From: Paraspadella gotoi
Taxonomy: Eukaryota; Animalia; Chaetognatha
Reading direction: 5' to 3'
Length of the DNA stretch: 64,000 bases
Assembly: GCA_051294375.1 (NCBI GenBank)
Contig: JBJCIZ010000744.1
Coordinates: forward strand, 1,168,262-1,232,261
The translations under genes and the position numbers were made by a program. Below are positions 30,201 to 41,037 of the stretch, one piece after another. Below the pieces are notes generated by a model. It did not search any database, was not told the DNA's origin, and saw nothing but the letters and a program-made list of their open reading frames with translations. The stretch's first letter is position 1. Every line of letters begins with the position of its first letter.

Positions 30201-33200
30201 GAGGGACACGCCCACTTCCGGTCAACGTCCGTCGTCAAAACCAACGAGGCCAACAACAAGAGCAGACAAACTCTCGCCGAGAGAAAGAAAGAAACTAGAT
30301 TGAGCGACATGGCGAAGCCTCGTTTCAAAATGGCCGACACTTCTCGTCGTCTGAGACCGAGCAATCGTCGGGCAAAGACGGACTCCCAAGCGTTGACTTT
30401 GACGGCTTCGATGCCGGCGACGATTTCCCCCACGAGTTTGACTCTTCGATCGGCGATCGACGCCGCGGAAGATCGAAGGCGGGCGAAGCGTTTGGCGAGG
30501 AGAGATTGAATAGGGAGGAGGAAGAGGAGGGGAGAAAAGCAGACGAAACTGTAAAGACCTAAATCTGGCCAAAGGATGAAGAGAGAAGCGATAGTGGTCA
30601 GAGGACCCAAGAGGAGATAATTGAGAAAGTAGGCGAGGAGATCGAGTCGTGCGGCGTCGGTGGAGAGAAGGTTAACGATCTTATTGGGGGGGGGAGGCGT
30701 TAGGAAAGGGTCAAGTTTTACTTTGAACCGAGAGAGTTGGTGACGCTTTATTTTTTAATCATTATGAGTTACTATTTATTCTTAATACATAATCTTAAAC
30801 ATAAAAAATTAGCCCTTAATGAAATAATTATTACGATCGTAGAGCAAAGCGTTCCACAGGATCTCAACCGTAAAACCTCAATCGCCCAATCCGAACCCCC
30901 CCCCCAGACCTGCGCCGCACCGGAGACGTCGAAGGAGGCGCTTCGGCTCAAAGAAAAGACTTTCCTCAAGAGGAGACGAGAAGAGGAAATCCTCATCCTC
31001 GTCCCATTGACCATAATGGCGAAAAAGTAAGGAGGGTGGAGCAGAGTTTGGACCCAGGAGCAGAGACACACGAGGAATCCGTAGTAGAAGTAGGACCACG
31101 ACGACTCGGGGTTGGTAACTTGAAAAAAAAAGAATCGAATTTGAAAAGACCCGCCCCAGTTTTATAAGTTTGAGGGGGGGGCTTATTAAAACAACCCGGT
31201 GTCTTTAAAAAACGCTTAGTTTTTTTAACATACAATTTTAAATTATCAATACGTAAATATTTTTGCCTCTGCTTACGATCCTCGCATTCAGAGAAAAAAC
31301 TACTTTTTCCAGTATTGTTCAGTTACTATTAACAAAATTAATTTAATTTGCCACATAATATAAATTAGGCCAAAATACGGATTGGTTAAAACCATCTCCA
31401 GCTATTTCTAATCATATAAGAGTAACATTTTTGCAACTTTTAGAAAAAAAAATCATGTCCATTTTTGTCCATTTTCACTTTCGTCTTCAAATTTGAATGC
31501 CAAGGAAAGTTGAGAAAATTTTTTTATTTTGGAATTCCTTTCTTCCTTATCTTCTTCACCCTTGAGTAAAATATTTTCCTTATATCATTCATAGTTCACT
31601 TATGAATTAATTTTAAAGTTGACAAGTCAAAAAGTCGCAGTTTTAGTTTTTATTATAATTTATTAAACAAAAATAGTTTAAATTGGCTTAAAACTAACAG
31701 AAAATACAGTCCACAGAATAAGCTTTTAACACCTACAAAATTATCAAAAAAACTCTTTTCGTTTAGCCACAAATAATTTTTAAAGACAAAATTTAATTTG
31801 TGACTTTTTGTGACTTGCATTTATTTATGATAAAGAAAATATTTTCAACTCATTTATTAGTTTTAAAAGATGGGTCCTTACTGACGTTGATAAAACAAAA
31901 AAAACCGCATCCTTTTAACCCAATGGAAAGCGTCAGGACTTGTTTTTTCTGAAAATCGACAGATTTTGCGGAAAGATTTTCCGCAAAATCTGTCGATTTA
32001 CTAAATTTGCTAGGCAACCAAAATTGAAATAAAAACCTCCGTTACCATTAATATCCTTTCTTATAATGCATATTAAAGATTTTCTTTGATATGGCTCAAT
32101 GTAAATGTAGTGAGAGGGAAGAGGAAAGAGAAAACAAGAAAAGGAGAAGGGGAGAAAATGAAATAGGGGGCCAAAGGCAAAGCAAAATAGGCAAATGGGG
32201 GAAAAAATAGTGAGACAAATAAAAGGTAGGAAATGAGGGGAAAATTGGAAAGAAAAAGAGGGGAAAAGAAAGGGAAAGAGAGAAGGAGAAAAAAAGGTGA
32301 GGAAAGTGCATGAATGGCAGAAAAAGGTAGGGGCCAAAAAATGGTAAGTGACAGATTGAGAAGTAAGGGAGGAAAGAGGAAGAGGAAAATATAAAGAAAG
32401 AGAAGAAAGAAGTGAAGAAAAAGAATCAGGGAAAGCGTATGAAGAAAAAAATTGTATCAGATAATGTGGCGTCTTACCTAAAAACTTTTATGTAAGTAAA
32501 AGACGTGAAGATTCTTATGAGGAATTCGATCTTTAAAAATGATCTATACCATAAAAATTCGAACATACTTATATCTAAAATTACGCAGTTAATGAGATTA
32601 GATAAACAATCATTGAAGAAATCATGTCTTACCGTATTTTTAACTCATAGAAATTTACTTGGGAAGTTCTAAGTGATAAGAAGGAGATAACTTGAGACTA
32701 CCGTTTTTTTAAATGAAGTAAGCTTCATACTAACTAATGAGATCAAGAAAGATGGTAATTAATGAAGTTCAGATTTCGTTGTCTAAAAGACGTCGATCGT
32801 ACGTGGAGCCTTTTAAAACTGTATTTTTAAGAATTATATCTGTGTTAACTCTATGTAAACAAAGTTTTTATGACTAATCAAATATTTTTTTATTAGGTTT
32901 TACTAAAAACCTACTTTATTAAGTTAAATAGTTTGCTCAAAATTTACAAAGACTTCAGCAGGCTTTTTTGAATAAAAAAAGTCTGGGTCTTTTCGCGACC
33001 TTTCAAAAATTGAGACAAACCCTGTTCGGACGCGTCATCGATCGCCGATCCCGACGAGTAAAGATCGAGCAAAAGACCGAGAAAAATGGGCTGACAGATT
33101 TTAAACGTTTCCTTGACGACGTCGAGCGTCCAAAGAGGAAGGAATTTCCAGAAAAAAGTCTTGGCCAAAGCGCGCCAGAGACATGGGCGTGGCTTCTTAA

Positions 33201-33402
33201 GTTCTTGTTTCCAGTTGTCGTCGAGTTCTTCGGCACAAAAGGCGGAAGAGTCAGTTTTTAAGGGTCGAGGTAAATGTTCCCATTTCAACTGATGACGGAA
33301 GCCGCGTTGGAGTAAAGGGTGCAACCAAGAATAGAACCATTTGGATACGAGATTGGCTTCTTTTAAGGGAGAAGGTTTCAACTCGATCCGATTTTCATCC
33401 AT
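27296..33402 (-). CDS. ABCC4: ABCC/MRP-family ABC exporter, short type (ABCC4/MRP4-like), about 3 exons
   Basis: Lasso SPLKEANLVSKWFYSWLHPL (~33020-33402); TMD1 exon ~30890-31090; ~3.4 kb final exon with NBD1 (GPFASGKS, LSGGQRAR, LLDDPLAAVD) and NBD2 (GRTGAGKS, LSVGERQ, VLDEATA, AHRL). Exact subfamily orthology not established. Confidence 0.88.
31270..32800 (+). mobile_element. ~1.5 kb interspersed element, copy A (ABCC intron 1)
   Basis: Reverse-complement similarity to 42605-44142 on both sides of a purine-rich core; internal hairpin at 31953-31999. Confidence 0.75.
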
Positions 33403-33452
33403 CTCCAAAAAGGCAATTTATCTTTATTATGTTTATTATTAAAAATATTTAT

Positions 33453-33995
33453 TATTAAGAAATTCTAAAAAAAAAAGTAAAATAATCTCGTCAAGCAAAT
33501 AATCTGGTGAACGTAAAGCGAATTAAATAATAGGCAGAGAAAAATTCTTGGGTCAAGAAATAAAGTAATTTTATTCCAAAAAAATTCTCTGAAAGTTTTA
33601 TGATTGGTAACCCAGCAACCTCAAATCAATCACTAAAGCAGTAGAGATCAAAGGCAACGTCTTGAATATTAAGAAATTCTAAAAAAAAAGTAAAATAATG
33701 TCGTAATTTACGAGATTACGACGTAAAGCAAAGAATCTGGTGAACGTTAAGCGAATTAGACAAATAGGCAGAGAAATCAAGTAATTTTCTTCAAAAAAAT
33801 TCTCTGAAAGTCTTATGATTGGTTACCCAGCAACCACAAAGCAATAAATAAATCAGTACCGCTCAGAGCCGAGAAACCCCTACCTTCGTGTTGGAGAATG
33901 AAAGTCTCTCAAAGTCTTATGATTCATTACCCAGAAACATCAAAGAAATCACAAAGCAGTACCGATGGTGTAGTACCGTGGTGGAGAATGAAAGA
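33453..33995. repeat. Diverged ~200 bp tandem duplication (2 copies plus a partial third) between OAS-like A and the ABCC start
   Basis: attaagaaattctaaaaaaaaa..aatctggtgaacgt..ctctgaaagt..atgattggt.acccagcaacc occurs at ~33453 and ~33668; partial at ~33905. Confidence 0.75.
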
Positions 33996-34071
33996 TGAAC
34001 ATATAGTATAATTATAAATATGACTATTTTAACACCAAAACCAGATTTTAAGAAATTTTAATAACTTTTTT

Positions 34072-35802
34072 TTATTTCCTCCGCCACCCCCTTTTTATAA
34101 GTAGAAGCGACGTCGGGTATCTTTCGGTCTTCCCACTTTTCAAATCGACAGCACTTGATACCAACAAACTTCCCATCGCCTTCACAACGTCGTCTTCGTC
34201 TTCGTCGTCATCGTCATCGTCATCTTCGTCATCGTCGTCAACTTCTACAGTCTTGATTCCTCTGCGATGGTCGTCTTCGTCTTCTTCGTCATCGTCATCG
34301 TCATCTTCGTCTTCTTCGTCATCGTCGTCAACTTCAACAGTCTTGATTCCTCTGCGATGGTCGTCTTCGTCATCTTCGTCGTCGTCATCTTCGTCTTCGT
34401 CATCATCTTCGTCGTCGTCAACTTCTACAGTCTTGATTCCTCTGCGATGGTCGTCTTCGTCTTTGTCTACGACATCGAATGCCACCTCCACGCTGCGTTT
34501 TCTTCCCACCGGAATCTTAAACGTCACATCGTAACTTCTCTTCGTAAAATCCTTAGCGGTTCCGACGCCGCCGCAAAAAAACTTTGCGGCAGTCTCCGCG
34601 GCGTCTGCGGCGATGCGTTTCCCCGCCTCCTGATGGTCGTTATTATCGAGTTCGACCAAAAACTTCCAGTATTGGAGAAAAACAAAGGCGCCGACGTTGA
34701 GCTGTATGGAAGAGAATAATCGCTCCAACTCGAAAAATGAATCGGAAACGTCGATCCTGGGAAACTTGGTCGCGCGCAAATAAGGCCTCGTCACGACGGG
34801 GCTCCGTTTCCGTCTCCAGTCAATATGAGATCGTGGCTCGAAAATATCGCATAAAAGAGACCCCGTTTTTCTTAATGTCCTTGAGGCCTTATTAAGACGT
34901 TCCAGGGTTTCGGAAGCGGCACGGCTAAACACTTGGAAAAATTCATCCTTAGCATCGATATGAATGTAACGGAGAAGGTTGCTGTAAGGATTCACGGGGT
35001 CCATGAGCAAAGGCCTTTGACGGGAGACTCTTTCGGGTATTTCGCTCCCGGAGTACAAGTAGTTTCTGTCTGGGCCGACGTTGATTCTTTCAATTTCTTG
35101 AACGAGAAGAAGAAACCGACAGAAACAATGAAAGAAAAAATCGACGGGTTTTCCCTTTCTTATTCGCGATTCTTCGCCAAAGGCGCGAACGGCCAACACC
35201 TCCAGGATGTAAGACATCCCGTTGACCACCTTTTCGAACAAGATGGTCTGCGACCAGAATTTGGCGAGGCGCGCTAGTTTGACCGCCATTGGGTTTTGAT
35301 TAATTATCCATTCTCTACTTTGCCAAGAGAGGGTGAGGTTCCTCGCCGCCTCCAACGGGTGTCTCGAATTCTCCACATACTCCAGATCGTTTATCCACTG
35401 TTCCGCCTCCTCATGCATCTCTCCGTAGACGACGCTGTCGCGGACGGCCACAAGATCGACGGGAATTCCCTCGTAAAAGAATTTGAGAAGAAAATCGGAC
35501 GAGCTAATGTCGGACTTTTTGAGGTCGGTATCTTGGACGAGCAGCTTTTTTATTTTGACCAAAACTTGGGACCGTTTGAGACGACGCTCGTCGTCTTTGT
35601 AGTAGACGACGGCGTCGATGTCTGCCTTCAACCGAGTAGAAGTTCTCTTGGCCAGACCGCCCACCAGTTCGCAGCGGACGATCAACTCGGGGAGACCTTT
35701 TTTCAACGATCTGAAGATGCGACGAATATTGCGTTCCGCTTCCTCGACCAACTGTTGGGGTGGCTTCAAGGCGTCCGCGAAATTTATTAGGAGGTCATCC
35801 AT
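34072..35802 (-). CDS. OAS/CD-NTase-like nucleotidyltransferase A, single coding exon, acidic repeat tail
   Basis: 576 aa ORF with gccATGg start. VGGLAKRTSTRLKADIDAVVY fits hG[GS]x11DhD; third acid in PVDLV; OAS-C-like LARLAKFW, SYILEVLAV, QRPLLMDPVNPYSNL. Confidence 0.85.
   Translation of the reverse strand: MDDLLINFADALKPPQQLVEEAERNIRRIFRSLKKGLPELIVRCELVGGLAKRTSTRLKADIDAVVYYKDDERRLKRSQVLVKIKKLLVQDTDLKKSDISSSDFLLKFFYEGIPVDLVAVRDSVVYGEMHEEAEQWINDLEYVENSRHPLEAARNLTLSWQSREWIINQNPMAVKLARLAKFWSQTILFEKVVNGMSYILEVLAVRAFGEESRIRKGKPVDFFFHCFCRFLLLVQEIERINVGPDRNYLYSGSEIPERVSRQRPLLMDPVNPYSNLLRYIHIDAKDEFFQVFSRAASETLERLNKASRTLRKTGSLLCDIFEPRSHIDWRRKRSPVVTRPYLRATKFPRIDVSDSFFELERLFSSIQLNVGAFVFLQYWKFLVELDNNDHQEAGKRIAADAAETAAKFFCGGVGTAKDFTKRSYDVTFKIPVGRKRSVEVAFDVVDKDEDDHRRGIKTVEVDDDEDDDEDEDDDDEDDEDDHRRGIKTVEVDDDDEEDEDDDDDDEEDEDDHRRGIKTVEVDDDDEDDDDDDDEDEDDVVKAMGSLLVSSAVDLKSGKTERYPTSLLLIKRGWRRK
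34185..34462 (-). repeat. Three 90-bp (30-aa) coding repeats, DEDDHRRGIKTVEV followed by poly-D/E
   Basis: acttc[t/a]acagtcttgattcctctgcgatgg recurs at 34241, 34331 and 34421. Confidence 0.9.
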
Positions 35803-38255
35803 GGCGAATTTACGAACTTACGTCGTTACGAGTTAATATTTAAATATATTAATTACTACGGATAGCTTTTGACTTATCTACGTACATAGACGAGAATCTT
35901 GCTTAAAAAAAAATTCAACATTTTTCTAATAGAGAATTCCGTTCAAATCTGACTACCCAAATTGCAAACGCGTTTGCCAGAAATTCGGTTAAAAAACACT
36001 TGTAAAAACGCACGATTCCGAGAGCGTTACATCTGAAGAGCTTGTCCTATTCGTTTTATGGCATTTGATAAAGGATTTAATATCAAACAAGCCAGGGGAA
36101 ATGCACTACTCATCTCCGGAGAATTTTCAAACCTCATTTTTACTATAGAAATGAAAGGGAAAGTTTACAAACTTAAAATTGCAAACGGGATTGCTATATG
36201 TTCCTGTTACATGAGCGACTTCGAATTTCGCGATTCGGATAGCTTTGTGTCTGAAGAGCTTGTCCTAGTTTTCATTTTTCATTTTATAATGATTTTGACA
36301 TAAAATGATCAGGTTTAAATAAATAGTCCGGTTTGAATCGCGAAATTTTTATTTAAAAAAGAAATTAAAAGGAAGGTTGAGAAAAAAACTGATTTTTTCC
36401 TAATATCTTTTGAAGGAATAAAGGATAAAGGGATGGTAATAGTACCAAAATGAAGCCATAATCATAGGGCACATACAAGATACAATTTTAGAATTACTTA
36501 TGCTGAAACCTCCTTACAGGGTGAGTGTCAAACTAAGACAAAATTATAATGAATTTTAAACTAATGACACCCCATAAGAATAAATGAAAATTTAATTCTT
36601 TTTAATGATTCTGAAAGAAAAAAGGCTAAATTGTACTCTAGTAAAACTTTAAAGTTTTTTGGATAAAGAAAATGTGAATTTTTTGTCACTTAAATATTTG
36701 CTTGTCTGATTTTACAAGCATGCTTACAAAATTCTACAAAATATTATTCATCCCATCACAGTCTAAGTATTTATCTTCTTTTCCACCAGCAAAAAAGAAA
36801 TATTATCTTATTTAAGAGAACAGGGATGATTACTGAAAGGAGCCGGAAGACATTCAACTTCTTCACTTTACTGTCATTTTTCAATATAAAATAGTGCGAA
36901 TTTTTTAATTACTTTAACCTCTCACAGGCTTCACAAGACATTATACTTTCATAATATCCCAATGTTAATTAATTTATTATATTTTTACCCAGAAATCATA
37001 AAATAACACAAAGTTGTGGATTCCCTTCGCTCGTTTAAGAAAAAAAATTAACTAGCCGGAATTATAAGTTTGTAAGAGGAAGTCAGAATCGGCGAAAATC
37101 TTAAAAGGCGAGAATGTTGAAAAAAGGGGTGGAATTTTGATGGGTTTCCTAAGATTTCTCCACAATGTGAGGTCCGATTAAAGCAAAACTTTAGATTATA
37201 CAATATTCCGTCATTCCACATCTATCGATATAAAAATATGAGAAAAAAGTCACTGGCTTTTTTTTCTATAGCGGCTTCCTAACGTACATAATAAAAAAAA
37301 GTAAGAAAATAAAAATTGAATATAAATAAAAGATAATGTATCGATGTTAATTAATATAACAAAAAACCTTGGTAAAATTACTTTGTCTCAGAGTAGAAAA
37401 TTTGTCTCCTTTAATTTTTTATGACAAATTTTGAGAGTGGTTTTATTACAGAGGAGTACAATTACGGAGGAGAAAGGTGAAGAGAGTTGGAGAGTAACGC
37501 GAGTCATAGAGAGAGAGAGAGTGCGAGAGAAAAACTGAGTGAGTAATAGGAAACTTCAAAAAAAAAAAAGAAAGAAAATTAAAGATTCCATTTCATGGAA
37601 AATAAGAAAATTAAGGACGACGTTGAGAAACGAAAGATGATGATGAAATGATAACGACGATTTAAAAAAATACGTCGACCCAAGTAGAAGAAGAAAACAA
37701 TAAAAACAAGAAAAATAAAAGAAGCCAAGATCGAATTATGAGACTCGAAAATCCGTGGACAATGCGCCGAAACACAAAGACGTCAATGGGGTAAAAAAAA
37801 ACAAAAAACAAAACAATATTCTGAAAAGAAATAGATAAATTATATCATAGAGAAGCAAGAAATCTCTAAAAATAATTTATAAATCAAAATATTCGATTGC
37901 AACGTCTACGCAGCCAACTTAATTGCACGATACATTAATATTAAAAGTTATCAATATCGTTAATATCGTTTAACAACCATACGCCTTCACCAAGTATAAG
38001 CCAATTTAACGCGTTTAATTTTTCGAATTAAGCGATCAATATTAATTAATAAGCCGATCAAATCTAATCCCTTATTCATGATTGAATTTACGTCGAGGTA
38101 ATTCTTTTTCAAATTATTCAAATTTGGTTATAAAGTTTCAATTATCTAAAAGCGAGAAAGTATGATAGGCTAGATTTCCCCCCCCCCCAATTTCACCACG
38201 CGGAATTTATCCTCAAAAGTGTCGTCGAATAGATCGTATAGATCTAGATATAGAT

Positions 38256-39629
38256 CTACCAAAGACCCTTAATTCGTTTGGTCGAATCGTGAGAGAGTTT
38301 AAACGCCACCTCAGCGTTGCGCTTTCTTCCCACCGGAATCTGAAAGGACGCATCGGGCCTTCCCGATAGAGTCTTATAGACTGGACAGCCTAAAAATCTG
38401 GCGGCCGTCTCGACGGCTTTATCCACGATCTCTTCGTCTCTTTCGAAATCTCTCCAGTGCCTGAGAAAAATACAGGCGGAGACGTTCAGCTGCAACGACT
38501 GGAGGAATTGAGTGAACCGGCGATGATCCGAGTCGGACACGTTGAGACCGAGTTGGATCATCTTGGGAAACAAGATCCGCCTGTTGGATGACCTTTTACT
38601 GATGGCGATTTCTTTTTTCAAAGTGAGAGGGTAATCTATAATTTTCAGACTCGGCTGAGGCTCAAAAACCTCGCAAAGAACGAAGATAGTTTTACGTTTT
38701 TTCTCAGAGGCCTCCTTCAGCCGTTCGAGGGTGACGGTGGCAGCCCGGCTGAAAGCTTTAAAAAACTTATTTTTGACATTGTCGTTGATGTCGAGAAGAT
38801 TGCTATATGGATTAACGGGGTCCAGAAGCAATGGTCGTTGTTTCTTGATCATTTGATCAATTTCCTCGCACCCATACCAATCGCCGTTGTTGTGGCAGAA
38901 GACTACGTTCAATGTTTCGATATTCTTAACTAAACGAAGAAAACGAGAAAAACAACGATAGAAGAACTCGTTCTTCGGTCCATTCTCTTTCGACTTATCT
39001 TCTTCACAAAAGGCGTGAACGGCCAACACCTCCAGGATGTAAGACTTTCCGTTGACGACCTCGTCGAACAGGATGGTCTGCGACCAGAATTTGGCTAGAC
39101 GCGCGAGCTCGACCACGATCGGTCTCTTCCACTTCATCCATTCTCTGCTCTGCCAAGAAAGCGTGAGGTCCTTGGAGGCCTCCAACTGGTTCGTCGATTT
39201 CTTCACCTCTTTCAGGTCGTTGTTCATCTGCTCCAACGCGGGCATCTCTCCTTCGACGACGCTGTCGCGGGCGGCGACAAGGTCGACAAGGATTCCCTCC
39301 AGCGTGAAGTTAAGTAGAAACGCTGTCCGGCGAAAATCGGGAATTTCCAGTTTGGTGCATTTGACGAGCAAATCATAGATGTCGGCCAAAACTTTCGATC
39401 GCTGAAGACGACGCTCGTCGTCTTTGTAGTAGACGACCGCGTCGATGTCGGCCTTCAATCGGGTAGAGGTTCTCTTGGCCAGACCGCCCACTAGTTCGCA
39501 GCGGACGATTTGAGGTCGTTTGCTTTTCTTCAGCAAATCGAAAATTTTCTTTGTCTTGCGTTTCGCCGCAGCGACTAATTCCTTCGGCGGCTCGATGGCG
39601 GCCGCGAAATTTTTTAGGAGGTTATCCAT
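38256..39629 (-). CDS. OAS/CD-NTase-like nucleotidyltransferase B, single coding exon
   Basis: 457 aa ORF, colinear paralogue of A. Identical IVRCELVGGLAKRTSTRLKADIDAVVYYKDDERRL block; LARLAKFWSQTILF; QRPLLLDPVNPYSNLL; no acidic tail. Confidence 0.85.
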   Translation of the reverse strand: MDNLLKNFAAAIEPPKELVAAAKRKTKKIFDLLKKSKRPQIVRCELVGGLAKRTSTRLKADIDAVVYYKDDERRLQRSKVLADIYDLLVKCTKLEIPDFRRTAFLLNFTLEGILVDLVAARDSVVEGEMPALEQMNNDLKEVKKSTNQLEASKDLTLSWQSREWMKWKRPIVVELARLAKFWSQTILFDEVVNGKSYILEVLAVHAFCEEDKSKENGPKNEFFYRCFSRFLRLVKNIETLNVVFCHNNGDWYGCEEIDQMIKKQRPLLLDPVNPYSNLLDINDNVKNKFFKAFSRAATVTLERLKEASEKKRKTIFVLCEVFEPQPSLKIIDYPLTLKKEIAISKRSSNRRILFPKMIQLGLNVSDSDHRRFTQFLQSLQLNVSACIFLRHWRDFERDEEIVDKAVETAARFLGCPVYKTLSGRPDASFQIPVGRKRNAEVAFKLSHDSTKRIKGLW

Positions 39630-41037
39630 GGCGATCGAACTTTGGCGAGTATAAGATTTAGTTTATACAAGTTTAAATTATGGTATATTAATTAGTAATG
39701 ATTACTACTCTAGGTAATAAAAAAAAAAATTAAAATGTAAAAAATCCCACATTTTAATTTACAATCAAGGCGGTGTTTTTTTATTTAATAAAATAAAATG
39801 GCTAATTCCTATCTAAATCTAAAATATTATGAAAATACCAACCAATCTAAAGGAAATAGGTAATGAATACAAAAATTAATACACAAAGCAACGAGAGATA
39901 TGCCAGTCAAAGAGAGAGAGCGAGAGAGAAAGAAAAAAATTCTAGTCGGCGATTGTCCCGCGCGGAGTCGGAAAAAAAGATGAAAAAAAAAAACCACTTA
40001 AAAATATGACGATTCTATTTTGGAGGAAAAAAAAGTGGATGATGATGATGATAACGATGATTTCAAACGGACGACGACGAAAGTGGAAGAAAGAAGAAAA
40101 CAATAACGACAACAACAACAAAAAAAAGAAAAGAAGCCAAGATCGAACTGCGAGACAAAAACCCGTGGAGAAGACGAAGACAAAGACGAAGACAAAGACG
40201 ACGACAAAGACGACGACAATGCGTCCAAAACAAAAAGACGCCAAAAACGACAATGGGTCAAAAACACAAACTCCGCCCATTGTTTTAAAGGAAACTGGCT
40301 TTTAACGATTCTGTGGACGCAACAAGTTTCAGAGTAAGAATGATTTATTCTTCAACAACGTTATAAACAATAACAGTCAAAATGCTCAGATGCTAAGTCT
40401 ATTACAATGGTATTTACAAAGGTCAACGTTTGACCATAAAGGTCAACGTTTTGACCATAAGTAAGTTGGGGGAATTGAGCGAAGTAAGTTTGGTAAGGTC
40501 ATGTGGTTTGACCGAGGTTGCGTGTTCTTGATGTTCGTCCACAATTCCACATTTTTTTTTCTCAACGTGGTCGAGGTTAGGTGATTCATAAAGATTAAAT
40601 TAATTAATGAATTAATCAACCTCCGGTTTTACATATTTCCTCGCGTCGTAAAAGATGAAGACAAATTATTCGTTTCGATTTAAGTTTTTTTTTTTTTTCG
40701 GTAATGTTTAGTTTGGTTTTTTTCCTTTATCAAAAACTCTGCGAGCCAGAGAGAAAAAAAAATAGTTAAAACAATAAATAACAAAAACTTTATATTTTTT
40801 TTATTTCGCGACGAAAAGACAAAATTTTTCGGCCGAGAAAAGACGACATTAAAAAAAACAAACATTGTCTTCAACGTCGAGATGTTTAAAGACGACGTCG
40901 TTGTTGTTGTTGCTCTTTGTCTTTTTATAGTCAAAGCCCGCGCCTCCTCCTCTTCCTCCCATTATCTCTTCTTCCTCTTCCTCCTCCCCTTCCTTTATCT
41001 CGTCTTCCTCCTCCCCTTCCTTTATCTCTTCCTCTTC

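Noticed and set aside
34072-39629. Bacterial CBASS operon or bacterial contamination
   Set aside because: Contiguous with intron-containing animal-type genes, Kozak-type starts, host-like flanks, and no Cap effector genes visible. Ancient horizontal transfer is not excluded.
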